Positions 39,071 through 51,495 of a stretch of DNA of 64,000 bases are shown piece after piece. Position 1 is the stretch's first letter; each line of letters starts with the position of its first letter. A program made the position numbers and the translations under genes. The notes beneath the pieces were generated by a model that was not told where the DNA came from, did not search any database, and worked only from the letters and a program-made list of their open reading frames with translations. The DNA is from Octopus sinensis (Eukaryota). The DNA lies in assembly GCF_006345805.1 (NCBI RefSeq), contig NC_042998.1:131130001-131194000 (forward strand). Direction: 5' to 3'.

Positions 39071-39897
39071 AATTAATTAATTAATTAAAACAGAAAAAGT
39101 ATGTCACTGCCCCATCAGTGACTTGAAACACATTCTGCATTAACGCAGATAGAGGATATATATTTTACAGAAAGAATATTAGTTCCTTAAAGGGTGCTTA
39201 TGCTTTCCCTATAGTCATACCTGCACACAGTCATGCAGATACAACCAAAGTCACACCTGATTGGGGATGGTCTGATGACACGTGACATTATTTCGCTACC
39301 TTTTTAGGTGCCTATTGAGTCGTGTGCATACGTAGTCACCTTCTCATCGCCATCCCCCATCACTAAGTGAAACATTCAAGATGTAATAATTAAAGGGAGA
39401 AATATTTGTAGCGGCTCTCGGCTCGTATTCATTTACAGTTCAGAAGAGTAGAGCAAATGGTAATAATGAGCATTAACGGAGGAGACAATACCTTGTCATA
39501 CCTGAATTTAGCCCTCGAACTTATGATCATCAAATGACAACCCTACAGAAAAGGTGACATACATGTTCACACACACAGACACGAACACACACATGTATAT
39601 ATATATATATATATGAGAAAAGTAAAAAGAAAAGAAGAAAATGCACATTGGATATAAAAAAATAAAGGCATTTTAAGGAAAAGTAACGATCAATATATAC
39701 GATTAGATGAACTGAGGTAGAATTAAGAGGTATGAGAGTCATTATTTTGAATTGTTAAAGAGATTCAAATTCATACTGATATCGTCAAAAGCTGCCCACT
39801 GGCTTTGAATGAGCACCGATTTCCAAACGGTGTCGGGTCTACTAGTAAAAAGATTATATGCAAGGAAGGTAAGTGGTGTAAGTACACACATACATAC

Positions 39898-39932
<35 letters not shown>

Positions 39933-39934
<2 letters not shown>

Positions 39935-40770
39935 AGCAGAGATTGCCGGCGTTGCTCGGGATTGAAATGGCATAGTTTGTATATATAACATATTACAGTT
40001 ATGTTGAAACAGGTGATATGGGAAAGTGCAGTATTGACAACAAAACATTTGTGGAGTAAATGATGGGCTAATTCGACTAACCAGCTTGCTGTGTTTTTGT
40101 TTGGAGTATTTCAGGCCCTAACCTCTCATGGAAAATCGGTGGTGGTGGTGGGGTTATGTGATTTTTGAACGCATTGAAAATCTGTCAGTAGATATACTCT
40201 GTTTTGCAGCACTCGGCACTGTGTCTAACACGACCCATCATCTGAAATGTTGACACCGCCTACGGGCTTGCTGTCATACGTTACTAATAACATAAACTTG
40301 GAGGATCTGTGGCTGTTCATTTGCTGGTAACAGGGAACCAATATGGTGATAAACTTGCCCTTGAACTTTGATGTCAGCGTAAATTCATGTTTAACTATCT
40401 TTTTAGATGCAGTAAATGATGTCATTTGAATGCAGAGTTGTATTGTCTGATATTGTTCCTTTGACTGGATAAAAGTGCCTTCTAGAGGATAAGACGTTGA
40501 GAAGGAGCTGGTAGGGCTGGCAATGTAATCTGACCGCTTTAGCAGCACATGCCATTTCTTTAATTTGAACATTTTAAAGATGTACAGAAACGACAACTTG
40601 TGTTTAGCACACCAGTTTGGACAGAGTTATCATTTTTATAAGAATTGGATGGATCATATCTGAAAAGTGCTTCAGGAGTTGTGAAGATCAAATTTGTACG
40701 TAGTCTGTTGCTAAGAGCTATTCTATTGGACCTCTGTCTAATCATTAAAACATTTATTTAATGATGCAGC
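39933..40770 (-). mobile_element. Helitron deletion derivative (RepHel N-terminal fragment plus 3' terminus)
   Basis: ALFRYDPSNSY..GVLNTSCRFC, GMCC*SGQITLP, NIRQYNSAF/QMTSF and VQGQVYHHIGSLLP..PQILQVY; 3' hairpin cccgagcaacgccgg then CTAT^T (expected CTRR^T). Confidence 0.85.
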
Positions 40771-41075
40771 ATTAAGTGCTGCAAAATGCATTTGCTGATC
40801 TAGAGAAAATCTCAACTTGCTTTTCTCTTCAGACTCTCGCCTTCAGTTTTCTACAATCCTCCTTGCTTTATACTTCTTTCTGGAGAGATTACGACTTTTC
40901 TTTGGTGGAATATTTTTTTGAATATTGTAAACAAAAAATTATGAACATAGAAAGAAATTATACATCAATCCCTATTTTTGTAAGCAGTTGTATGTATGTA
41001 GTATGTTTTTATAATTTTGTATGCAGTATAAATTAATCAAATAGAAGCACATGTATGAACTGCTAATTTAACATT

Positions 41076-41340
41076 AATTGCAGCGTGGAAGGTGTTTGTA
41101 AGTCATTTAAGAAACATACAAAAGCCGTTCGATTCACTTCAACATCTAAGTTTAATTTGTCAAAATATTTTCGTCGCGGTCTGAAAGCGACGAAAATATT
41201 TTGACAAATTAAACTTAAATGTTGAAGTGAATCGAACAGCTTTTGTGTGTTTCTTAAATGGCTTACAAACACCTTCCACGCTGCAATTGTTTTCGTTTCA
41301 GCACACGATCTCAGATCAAATCAGTTGCTATGCAAGTACA
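41076..41340 (-). mobile_element. Repeat fragment ending in a 213-bp near-perfect palindrome (41076-41288)
   Basis: 102-bp arms with 4 transition mismatches and a 9-nt loop ggtctgaaa; an unpaired body continues to about 41340. Confidence 0.85.
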
Positions 41341-41395
41341 TCTCCGTAAGTCACAATAATTATTACAGATAAATTTCTTAATATATATATATGTA

Positions 41396-41434
<39 letters not shown>

Positions 41435-42072
41435 TAAGCAGATGTATTAAATATTAATTTAAGGGTAAATGTGTAACTGTAAATACCTTGCAACTGCTGC
41501 GATAATTATCAACTGGTAATTGAACGGTAAATGTGTATTTTTATATACCTTGGATCTGCCATCTCATTGCTTTTTGTTAAGAGTTTCACCTCCAGCCGTT
41601 CGTTATGCCAGTCAACACATACACTGACACCATTCTGCGTGGTGGCTCATCTTGTATTTTTTCCCGCTCATTCCGTAAATAATTATTTGAAGAGAGCGCA
41701 AATTGAAGGAAAAAAAGGGAAAAGGACAGAAAGTGAGAGAAACAAAGTGAAAGATGTATGTACGTGTATATGAAATGGACGTTTGTGTGTGTGTATGTGT
41801 GTGCGTGTGTGTGAGAGAGAGATAGAGTTAGTGAATGAGTGAAGGTGTGAGTCGTGATGATTGATGCCTTTTAAGGTACATACACATATAGAAAATGTGA
41901 CGTCATCGTATAAAATGTTTGCGATAGTTGGTTTATGGGAAAGATTATAAAATTCAAATTTTTGAAATGCAAATAAGTGAATTGAAATTAAGTTAATTTG
42001 TAGCCGTAATTGTACTGAATCTTTTGATACCCTATACGTCAAAATCGGTAGCTCGGTTTGGGAATGTACATG

Positions 42073-42119
<47 letters not shown>

Positions 42120-42124
42120 ATAGA

Positions 42125-42367
42125 CTTCTTTATAAGTGAAAGCATTATCTCACATTACAATAGAGACGTAATACTGAAATAGTATAAGAGTTAAGGGATT
42201 GCTCTAGGCTCGCATTACGCAAGAAGTTAAAAATTGTTTTGGCCCATGACACTGCATGGACCCTAAGTAAGGCATGTGTACAATTTGAATGAAATCGGTT
42301 GTGTAGTTCTCGAGTTTTAGGGATTCACACAAACAGACGCACAAACACTCTCATTTTTATATATTGA
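42125..42367 (-). mobile_element. Non-autonomous Helitron-like 5' end (same family as 2490)
   Basis: Minus strand tcaatatataaaaatgagagtg..aaaactcgagaactacacaaccgatttcattcaaattgtacacatgccttacttaggg aligns with 2610-2830. Confidence 0.65.
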
Positions 42368-42629
42368 AATTACCGCCCCTTATATCGTCCGACATGTTTG
42401 TTTATATTCGTGTGTGCCCGTTTTTTGTGTTTTATTTATTAGTACAAAATATTTAAAACTTGATGAATCTTCCTAATTTTTTTGCATACGTCATTAATCT
42501 TGGATATATTTCCCATTTTCATAATTTCTTGAGAAATTAGGCGTCATTTTCTTGGAGAAGTGCGATTCTAAAGAAGCGCTGAAAATTGTACGACTTCTAT
42601 TGCATACATGTGGTGGGTTCAAATCCTAA

Positions 42630-42807
42630 GCGAATTGTGAGTAGTCTATTTATATTAGGGGCGCGGACTTTCGAGGAAAAAATAATATCAAAAAGCATCT
42701 TAAGTCAAAGAGAGCACACATGTCAAATTTGGTGAATTTCGGTTGAAATTTGTAGGAGTAGATGTGGTTCACACAACGCGCAGACAACTTGCTTTTAATA
42801 TATAAGA
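42630..42807 (-). mobile_element. Second Helitron-like 5' end family
   Basis: Minus strand A^TCttatatattaaaagcaag..caaatttcaaccgaaattcaccaaatttg, a typical motif arrangement for such ends. Confidence 0.5.
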
Positions 42808-43084
42808 TATATATACAGATACGTATACATACATACACACACATATATATCTCGTATCAGGAAAATTACCCCAATATGGAAATTCCCCCTGACGACAACT
42901 ACACCCTTGGTTAATTAGCCCTTCTCCAATACATTAAGAAGTTTTAAATCATCATCTTTTGTCCTCTGCAATAATTGTTCTTGGGGCGGGACTTATTGTC
43001 CAGGGAAGTTATTGTCCAGGCAGGAGGGGGGGGGCAAATATCTTAGTCTCATATATATATATATATATATATATATCCCTCCTT

Positions 43085-43250
43085 GGGATCTTTCCTTCTC
43101 CTTGTTTCCGACGAAGAGCTCCGCTCGAAACGTTAAACCCTCCTTCCCTTCTTTCCTGAGCGTCAATAATACTTTAATTGTTCCACGTCCTGCGTTGCTG
43201 TGTTTTTTTTCTCTTTTTTTCTGTGTTTTCTTGTTTGGATTAACTATATA
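43085..43250 (+). mobile_element. Solo PLE pseudo-LTR with hammerhead-like motif (43104-43138)
   Basis: GUUU-CCGACGA-A-GAGC-ucc-GCUC-GAAA-CG-UU-AAAC, then cctgagcgtcaataatact..ccacgt. Confidence 0.65.
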
Positions 43251-43259
43251 ATATATATA

Positions 43260-43355
<96 letters not shown>

Positions 43356-43569
43356 CAGTCATTATTAGTGATAATTGAATTTTTCCTTTTTGGTTTTATA
43401 TTGCGTCTAGCCACCTTTGTTATTTTATATCAATTCCAAAGGATAGACGGATAAAGTTGAGCCAATACGATGAATATTGCTTTCAGAGGATGAATATTTA
43501 AGTGTAAATATATAGATATTTACATTAATAGATCCAAATTACACTGAGTACAAACGACAGAGAAAATTA

Positions 43570-45700
43570 AAAGGGAAGAAGAAAGATGTTATAAGCCTAA
43601 CAGCTGTTTCAGGGACTCGGGGATCCATATTAATGCTGGTAGATGTAGTTCATGATAATATGCGACCGTAATGGAAGCAATCAACATTGAATAAGCCAAA
43701 CTTCCGTCATCAGGTTGGAAAAGATCCTACATTTCAGATATTAATGCGAAGTTCAAAGACGAAAGGATTAAATGTGGAGAGCTAGCCATATTAGAAGGAG
43801 GAAGCAGGAGGGTTGGGGAAGTTATGGGAATCGTTAAGACAGAAAATGATGAGAGATATGAGAGCTAGTTCAGGATGAAGGCGAGGATAATAATGAGGGT
43901 ACTAAGGAAGGTTGTAGCAGAGGAAGAGAGTTGAGAGATGAATGTGAGAGTAGGATATATAGTAACTGAAGGGTGGTCAGCTGTTGTTGGGTTTGTGTAT
44001 TGGAGATTTAAGATAGTGAAAAAAGGGATGACAATTATTTGAGGGGGAAGTGTCTAATTCGGCGGCGGAAGGAGATTAGTTAGTTATGTAGAAAGGAATG
44101 AGAGAAGATAGAGCGGGGTAGACAGAGTGATGGATGAGTCGGTGGTCAAGGTAGCAGTGGTTAGTACTATAGTGAAGGTGGGCTGGTAATGGAGATGGAG
44201 TACTGAAGTATGCAGAAGTGTGTGAAATTTAATAGAGAGAGAGAGAGGTGAATAGAGAGGGAGGGAGAGATTGATATGTTAGTAGCTAATTGAATGGGGT
44301 AGTTTCAAGCGCGTTTGGTTTAAGAGGAGAAGAGGAGAAATAAGAGAACAGGATGTGAAGACAGAGAGGCAGTGAGGGAGGTAGAGTGTTGTGTTTAAGA
44401 GGAATTTGCAAAGGTAATCATGAAAAGGAATAATTTAGTAGGAGGGTAGTATTAGTGGAGGGGGTAAGTTGCAAGACATACGTAGTTGTATCTCTAGTGT
44501 CATCATAATTAAGAATAATCATAGTTGTAGGATTATATAACTTCAATAACATGGACAAATGATGAGTAGAACCTGTGTTTACAAGCGTGTACCACATTTG
44601 AAAATTTATTAAGTAACGAGGGGTTGTGGTTACGAAAGATGGTTAGCAATTCCCTTGAACACAAATTTCAAATACCGCGGTTTGTATTGTATGGAGCAAT
44701 ATCACTTACGACTGACCAAGATAAGGTATAGGGAAGATTTTGGGATTTGAGGTTAAGTAAATTTGCTAAGAAGGTAGATAATTTAGAATTTGGATTGGAG
44801 AAAATGCTCCTGTATTCTCGGTAGTGGTGCTTAAAATCAACAGTGTCACCGATGTAGACCCTTGCTAGGTGAGAGCGTGATGTCATAACATGACACTTGT
44901 AGACTACATTTTTGAGCAAATAGAAACCTCAAAGAGGGCAGTGTTGACACACCCTACAATTGCAATTTCCAGCCTAATCTGCGGTTGGAGGTCAGGATTT
45001 TATGGTCGGTTACCAGTAAAGAAGAAACGGATGTATAAGTATCAGTGTTGGATTTGAAGTGGGTATCACTGCCCGTATATGTGGTCATATGGGCAGTATT
45101 GTGAGAAAATGCATTTAGCTTGTCATTGAGTCGAGTGAAGTTACTAAGGGTCGTATTATTGCTACGAGGTGTGTTAAGGTGGGTGCAGTGTGACAGATTG
45201 CAGATTCTGAGGTTGTGTCTGCTAGAGAAGGCAATTTTGGATCCTTAAATTAGGCGTGGTGGAATAGGAGATATTTAACAGATGGTTTATTGAAGACAGG
45301 AGAGTATTTATGCTGCAGTGTGAAGTTAAGGTCTGGGATTTTAAAGAAAAGTTTGGGCAGAGATTTAACTTGGAGGAAGGAAGGTGATACGATCCATAGG
45401 ATCTTGTGCATTCTGCCCTTGGAATGTTTAGGGTGTGTGATTATAGTGAGTTGGTCTAGATAGGGAAACTTGTAAATAGGGAAACTTGTATTGGTTTGGG
45501 GTGGCCCGTGAGGCAAAAGAGTGCGATGCGTTGGAGGTTTCTTTTGAGAGATAATGGATTGAGTGGAAGAAATATCAATGGATACGGGGTTAACATTAGT
45601 AAAGAGATTAGCAATTTTTGTTTTAATTATAGCGTTGGGGATATAAGAGATATGTGTAAGTTGGATATATTAATATAAGTAACTATACATTTCTACTTAA
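43570..45700 (-). mobile_element. Penelope/Poseidon-type PLE 3' half (linker plus GIY-YIG about 44550-45700; long 3' UTR)
   Basis: KILWIVSPSFLQVKS..VFNKPSVK, GNCNCRVCQHCPL, KNVVYKC..RVYIGDT, LSTFLA..YTLSWSVV and ELLTIFRNHNPSLLNK. Confidence 0.85.
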
Positions 45701-45884
45701 ATATTCATCGTCAGAAAGTCTCCACTTTTTGTCTTCTCTCGTTTTGCATGTTATATCTAATAAATCCGCATAATTGCCTCTCTCTCTCTCTCTCTCAATT
45801 TATATATATATGTGTGTGTGTAAGAATGTATATATATATATATATATACACACACATATATAAATACATATATGTATATATACA

Positions 45885-46795
45885 GTGAGAATTTACAAAA
45901 AAAAACAAAATAAAATAGGAAGACGGGTGTATAAACAACAAACAGATGTATTAGTTTAACGCTTGGGAAGTGAGAAAGTCTTTTACGTTTCGAGCCTACG
46001 CTCTTCGCTAGAAAGGAACACAGAAATAAACAGGATGAGAAAATAGAAAAAGGTATAATGGCTGGCGATCTCTCATGGCGAATGCCGGACAGAGGGTTCA
46101 CACAGAAGGGCTAGGAAGAAGGGGAGACAATGAAGTAGTGGTGATCCCAAAACGAAGGTGCGTGTGCGTGTGTATGTGAGAGCGTGTATGTGCCTGTGGA
46201 AGAGGGCTGGTGACCTTGCGATATGCGTGTGTACATGTGTAGATGTGTGGATGATGGCTTGGGTGCTGGGAAGTGGTCAGTGCTAGTGTGTGTGGGGTGG
46301 TGTAATGTGGTGTGCTAGTGTTGTGGTGTGGGGGAGGTGAGAGTGAGGTAAACAAGGGTAGGGTTTAAGAGATGGGTGGGGTGGGATGGGATGTATAGGG
46401 ATGGTTGGTATGAATATGTAGGGGTGAGGTATCGAGGGAAGGGTGACGATGAAGGGAGAGGATGAAAGGGAGAAGGTGGGTAGGAGCGAAGAGAAGAAGT
46501 AGGTGCCAGAGCAAGAGAGGAGAGGAGGGTGGGAGGAAGTAGGTGAAAGAGGTGGAGGGTTAGATTAAGAGGGGAGGAGAAGAGAGGGAAGAGAGAAGAT
46601 TAAACCTTGCTCACGGCAAAGACGGGAGTCCGGATGGTCCCTGTGCAAGGACAATCCGAACACAGACAGGTGTTGTAAAGAGTGACCGGTAGAGCAGAAA
46701 TGGTGTGAGACCGGGGTGTCGTTGCTGAGTTTGATGTCTCGAACTGGTAAGCCAAGCGGCGTCCCATTTGACCGACGTATAGTTAAGGACTAATC
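45885..46795 (-). mobile_element. Neptune-type PLE 3' end: GIY-YIG C-terminus, pyrimidine-rich UTR, pseudo-LTR with hammerhead-like motif
   Basis: [14 protein letters not shown] and [40 protein letters not shown]; motif at 45980-46015. Confidence 0.8.
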
Positions 46796-46799
46796 TGTG

Positions 46800-47033
<234 letters not shown>

Positions 47034-47549
47034 ATATTGATACACAGATTCTTGTGTGTGTGTGTGTGTGTTTGTATGCACGTGTGTTTATATAAAATGA
47101 ATTGAAGCATAGAAGTATATATACGTAAAGTATAGAAGCCATCTTATCATGGCTAACCACATAGGGGAGGGGGTGTTACTGTAGCTTTATAGCCCCAAGA
47201 GATCGTCGTCTCTAGCTGGCTTTAGACACCATATCAGTGCCCTTGAAGTATTTGCAAAGGGAGGACGAACTCACAGCTATAAATGTGTACATATAATATT
47301 TTCACAGCGACGTCGTTTCACAGTTTTATCTCTGGTGGGGGTCGTTCGTTTTGAATGAAGGAATTTTAATTTTAAATCATTTAAATAATTGCATGTTGAG
47401 TATTTAAGAAGACATTTCCTGGTTGCCCTATCTGATAATACCCTACAAGTGGTTTTATATTTGACCTCCTCTCTCCCTGCCCTTTATGTATATATGCGTT
47501 ACATATCTGTACGTATGTGTGTGCATGGGTATGTGCATATACATACAGG

Positions 47550-47581
<32 letters not shown>

Positions 47582-48078
47582 CACACATACACACACAAAC
47601 GTATATAAGTGTGTAATTGCGTGGCTGTACAGACACCTGTAAACGCACATATAATTATGAACATATGGAAGGAGCTATATTTACATATATGTGTAAGCGA
47701 ATGAGAGGGAGAAAGAAAGGGAAAGAATGTGTATGTGTGTTGATATATATATATAAATATATATGTTTGTATGTATGTATGTATGTATGTTATGTATGTA
47801 TGTATGTATGTATGTATGTATGCATGTATGTATGTATGTAGAAACACACTAAAACATACATAGACATGCATAAGTACAAGCCTGCTCAAATGTGTGTGTG
47901 ACTAATTATCTGTGTTTTTAATTTACTCGGAGCATGTGTAATCGTTAGTGTGCTGTGTGTGTGCGTGCGTGCGCGCGTGTATTTATTTGCGTAGGCGTTT
48001 CTATTTATTCCCCACAACGTAAGCAACTAACAGTTAGGAACAAGCGATAATTAAACGCAGAGGAATTATCCCATTGAA

Positions 48079-48150
<72 letters not shown>

Positions 48151-48229
48151 GAACTTTTTAAACATTTTTATATTTTACATTTTCCCTTGTAAACTGTTCT
48201 TAACATGCTCTTGTTATCAAAGAATGTAT

Positions 48230-48375
48230 ATATGTATTGTAGTATTTTGTGACAACCGGTAACTAACACAACCAAGCTTTTACATGTTACTTTTGACAAT
48301 CTTTTTCTAAAAAAGTGAAACCGGTAAAGTAAATAAACATCTTTTAAAATTGCATTTTCAAACCTTCTTTCATAT
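48230..48375 (+). repeat. Second copy of the repeat end at about 5310-5780, lacking the 43-bp array
   Basis: gtgacaaccggtaactaacacaacca matches about 5333-5358; ttttgacaatctttt..gtgaaaccggt.aagtaaataaacatc..ttgcattttcaaacctt matches about 5700-5775. Confidence 0.75.
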
Positions 48376-48813
48376 ATATATATATATATATATATGTTTC
48401 AGAGATTATAGCTCACTTAAAGATATATCGTTTTATATATACGAAATACGATGGTGCATGCTGGCGGGTTTATATACTTATTTGTTGCTTGGTCTGTTGA
48501 GGTTTGTGTAGCCTGCTGATGTATCGTAGAATTGCTGTCTGATTAAAGCAGCTTACACGTTTTCACGGTGATACATACACATTCTCACCAGCACTCCAGA
48601 AATTATACATTCAGTTTTATTTCATACATACAAAGATTGACAGGAAAGGCAGAACAATAAAAGAAATTTTGATGATCCGCCGAAAGAGGGAGGTTTTACT
48701 AATTAGATTTAATTGGAAATGTTTTGAAGTGGCCATGTGTGGCTTAAAGTATGAAGTTAGATGAGATAGTGGAAAGGTAGAGAGGCAAAAGAAAAGAACC
48801 AACCAGATTATGC

Positions 48814-48851
<38 letters not shown>

Positions 48852-49151
48852 AAGCGCACGTGTGAGTGTGTGTGTGGTTAGAAGTAAAGTTTCCGTGTGC
48901 GTGCGTGTATGTGTTTGTGTATTTGTGTAGACTACATTTTAATCCAATTAGTTACTGGACGTTGCTAGTTCTCTAAGCTCTTCAATACTATAAATGATAA
49001 CTTTCAGACTTTCCTTTGCACGTGCTAAACCATTAGCAATATTCACATGGAGATGTGGAAATTCTGCATTCTCATCTGTGTCCTCACCTCGCCATCCTAC
49101 CAGCATCAGTTTCTCGTTAGATAAACTTCCTCCTTAAAATATTAGCTACAT

Positions 49152-49558
49152 GAAGGCGGCGAGCTGGCAGAAACGTTAGCACGCCGGACGAAATGCTTAG
49201 CGGTATTTTGTCTGCCGCTACGTTCTGAGTTCAAATTCTGCCGAAGTAGACTTTGCCTTTCATCCTTTCGGGGTCGATTAAATAAGTACCAGTTACGCAC
49301 TGGGGTCGATATAATCGACTTAACTCGTTTGTCTGTCATTGTTTGTCCCCTATGTGTGTAGCCCCTTGTAGACAGTAAAGAAATAGCTATTTTGTCTGAC
49401 GTTGCGTTCTGAGTTCAAATTTCGCCGAAATCGATTTTTACTTTTTATCCTTTTGGGGGTCGATAAATTAAGTACCAGCTACATACAGGGGTCGATCTCA
49501 TCGTCTGAGCCCCTCCCCCAAAATGTCAGGCCTTGTGCCTAGATTAGAAAAGAATATT
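49152..49558 (+). mobile_element. Dimeric SINE family A
   Basis: Full head aaggcggcgagctggcagaaacgttagcacgccgg, body and linker, then a second monomer from about 49385 ending caggccttgtgcctagattagaaaagaat. Confidence 0.9.
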
Positions 49559-49729
49559 AGCGACATACACAGTCATTTTATTTGAACCCCATGTCAGAGA
49601 CGTTAAATTTGCGTCTTGAATACTCTTGAAGTGAGTGAAGTGATACTCGAGAAAGGGTTTCAATTTCATATCACTCGCGGCATTTCTCTCAGAAGAAGCA
49701 TCAGACGATCTTTAGCAGCTTAAAATCTT

Positions 49730-50420
49730 GGTATTGAACTTTTCTTTTTTTTCTTTCTTTTTTTCCTTTTGTCTTGTCTCAACAAATAAATTTTTTTTAG
49801 CAAAATGGTAGTCTGCACTTTCATTGACGTTGTATACTTGCTCTGATGTGCAGTTTCTTGCGGCAACAATTTTTCTTTGTTCACTTTCTCGGGATATTTA
49901 GTACCGGCTCCTGTATCAGCAGTGGCAGATTCACCAATCATTTTTATGTTGTGAAATTCTAGCACTTCTAAAAATTTCAAACCACCCTTTACAAACCAGC
50001 AAAAGTTTTTCAATAAAAGTTTCACCTTCATTTTCATGTAAAAAGATAAACAAGCATTTTATAATTCTAATCGTGCTTACCGCCACACTATGACAAATCT
50101 TTCTTCTATTAATACATCCAAAAGCCGTCCCAAGTATTAATGAAAAGGTAAGGTCCCATGTCTTTGAAAAATTAATGTCTAAGTTGTCAACGGAGTAACC
50201 TTTTGAGCATTTGATTTAATTGTGCCTGTATTGTCACTTATTCTTCCGACTGTAGATGTTGCAAGCTTTAATGCAATAAGGCTGAGTTTTTCTCCCGGTT
50301 CAAACGTTATAAAACGTAAGGTTTAATATTCAGTTCAAGCCTTTAACGGTTCCTTTTCGACTACTACCTTCTATTCACGTTAGAGCTTCTTTCCAAACAT
50401 CAGGAATTGTTGGTGAATCC
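49730..50420 (-). mobile_element. Tigger/pogo-like N-terminal transposase remnant
   Basis: RFEPGEKLSLIA-LKLATSTVGRI..IKSNAQKVTPLTT and FHNIKMIGESATADTGAGTKYP. Confidence 0.75.
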
Positions 50421-51154
50421 AACAGTAGCATAGATGAATAATTATCCATAACATAATACAGTGGAAAAAAAAAGCAACAGGGAAAACTTTTTTCCCGAGA
50501 ATAAAATGGAAATGAGTTGAGAAAAAAGTGAAGAAATGAGGTAGTAAAACGTATTGCTAGTTGAAGGCTTAGTAGTTTCCTGGGTTCTTCGCTCTTACAC
50601 CTTTGACCACAACATCATTGTGCTGACATACAACATACGTAGCTACAGATATTGCTACCAGTCTGATACTATTGTTATTGACAGTTTGTTATTCAAAAGT
50701 TGGTGGGACTGTAAAGGTGTTGGGTGTATTGCTTTTGCGTTAGTGATGGTGATGATGGTAGGATTAATGTTAGCGATGGCATTATTCATGTGTACTTATA
50801 AACAATAATGTTGTTGCTGTTTGACCTCAACGCAATCCTCTTAAACCTGATATGAAAAGTATTTCATTCAACATATAACATACATTACTTCACCATATTA
50901 TCGATGTGAATTTTTCTCCAATTTTTAGTTGTAGTTACTTATTTTGTTTATACTATTGTTTATGTTGTTGACAGTCATTAAAGAGTTGGTTGTTTGATAA
51001 TAGTGGTAGTTGTATCGGTTTTGGTGTTGATGACGATTGTCATGTATCATGATGCTGATTCTCCAAAACTGGTTTGTGAATACAAAACAGTAATCGACTC
51101 GTATTATTTAAATCTTATTTAAAATGTAGAACATTTGGGATATTCAGCAGTATT

Positions 51155-51495
51155 CTTTTCTACTCTAGGCACAAGGCCCGAAATAGTACTTAATTTATTG
51201 ACCCCCCCCCCCCAAGAATGAATGACAAAGTCGACCTCGGCAGAGTTTGAATTCAGAATGTAAAGACAGACGAAATACCTATTTCTTTACTACCCACAAG
51301 GGGCTACACACAGAGGACAAACAAGGACAGACAAACGGATTAAGTCGATTATATCGACCCCAGTGCGTAACCGGTACTTATTTAATCTACCCCGAAAGGA
51401 TGAAAGGCAAAGTCTACCTCGGCGGAATTTGAACTCAGAACGTAAAGACAGACGAAATACCGCTAAGCTAACGTTTCTGCCAGATCGCCGCCTTG
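51155..51495 (-). mobile_element. Dimeric SINE family A, inverted relative to 49152
   Basis: Same two-monomer layout and linker in reverse complement, with short internal deletions. Confidence 0.9.
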
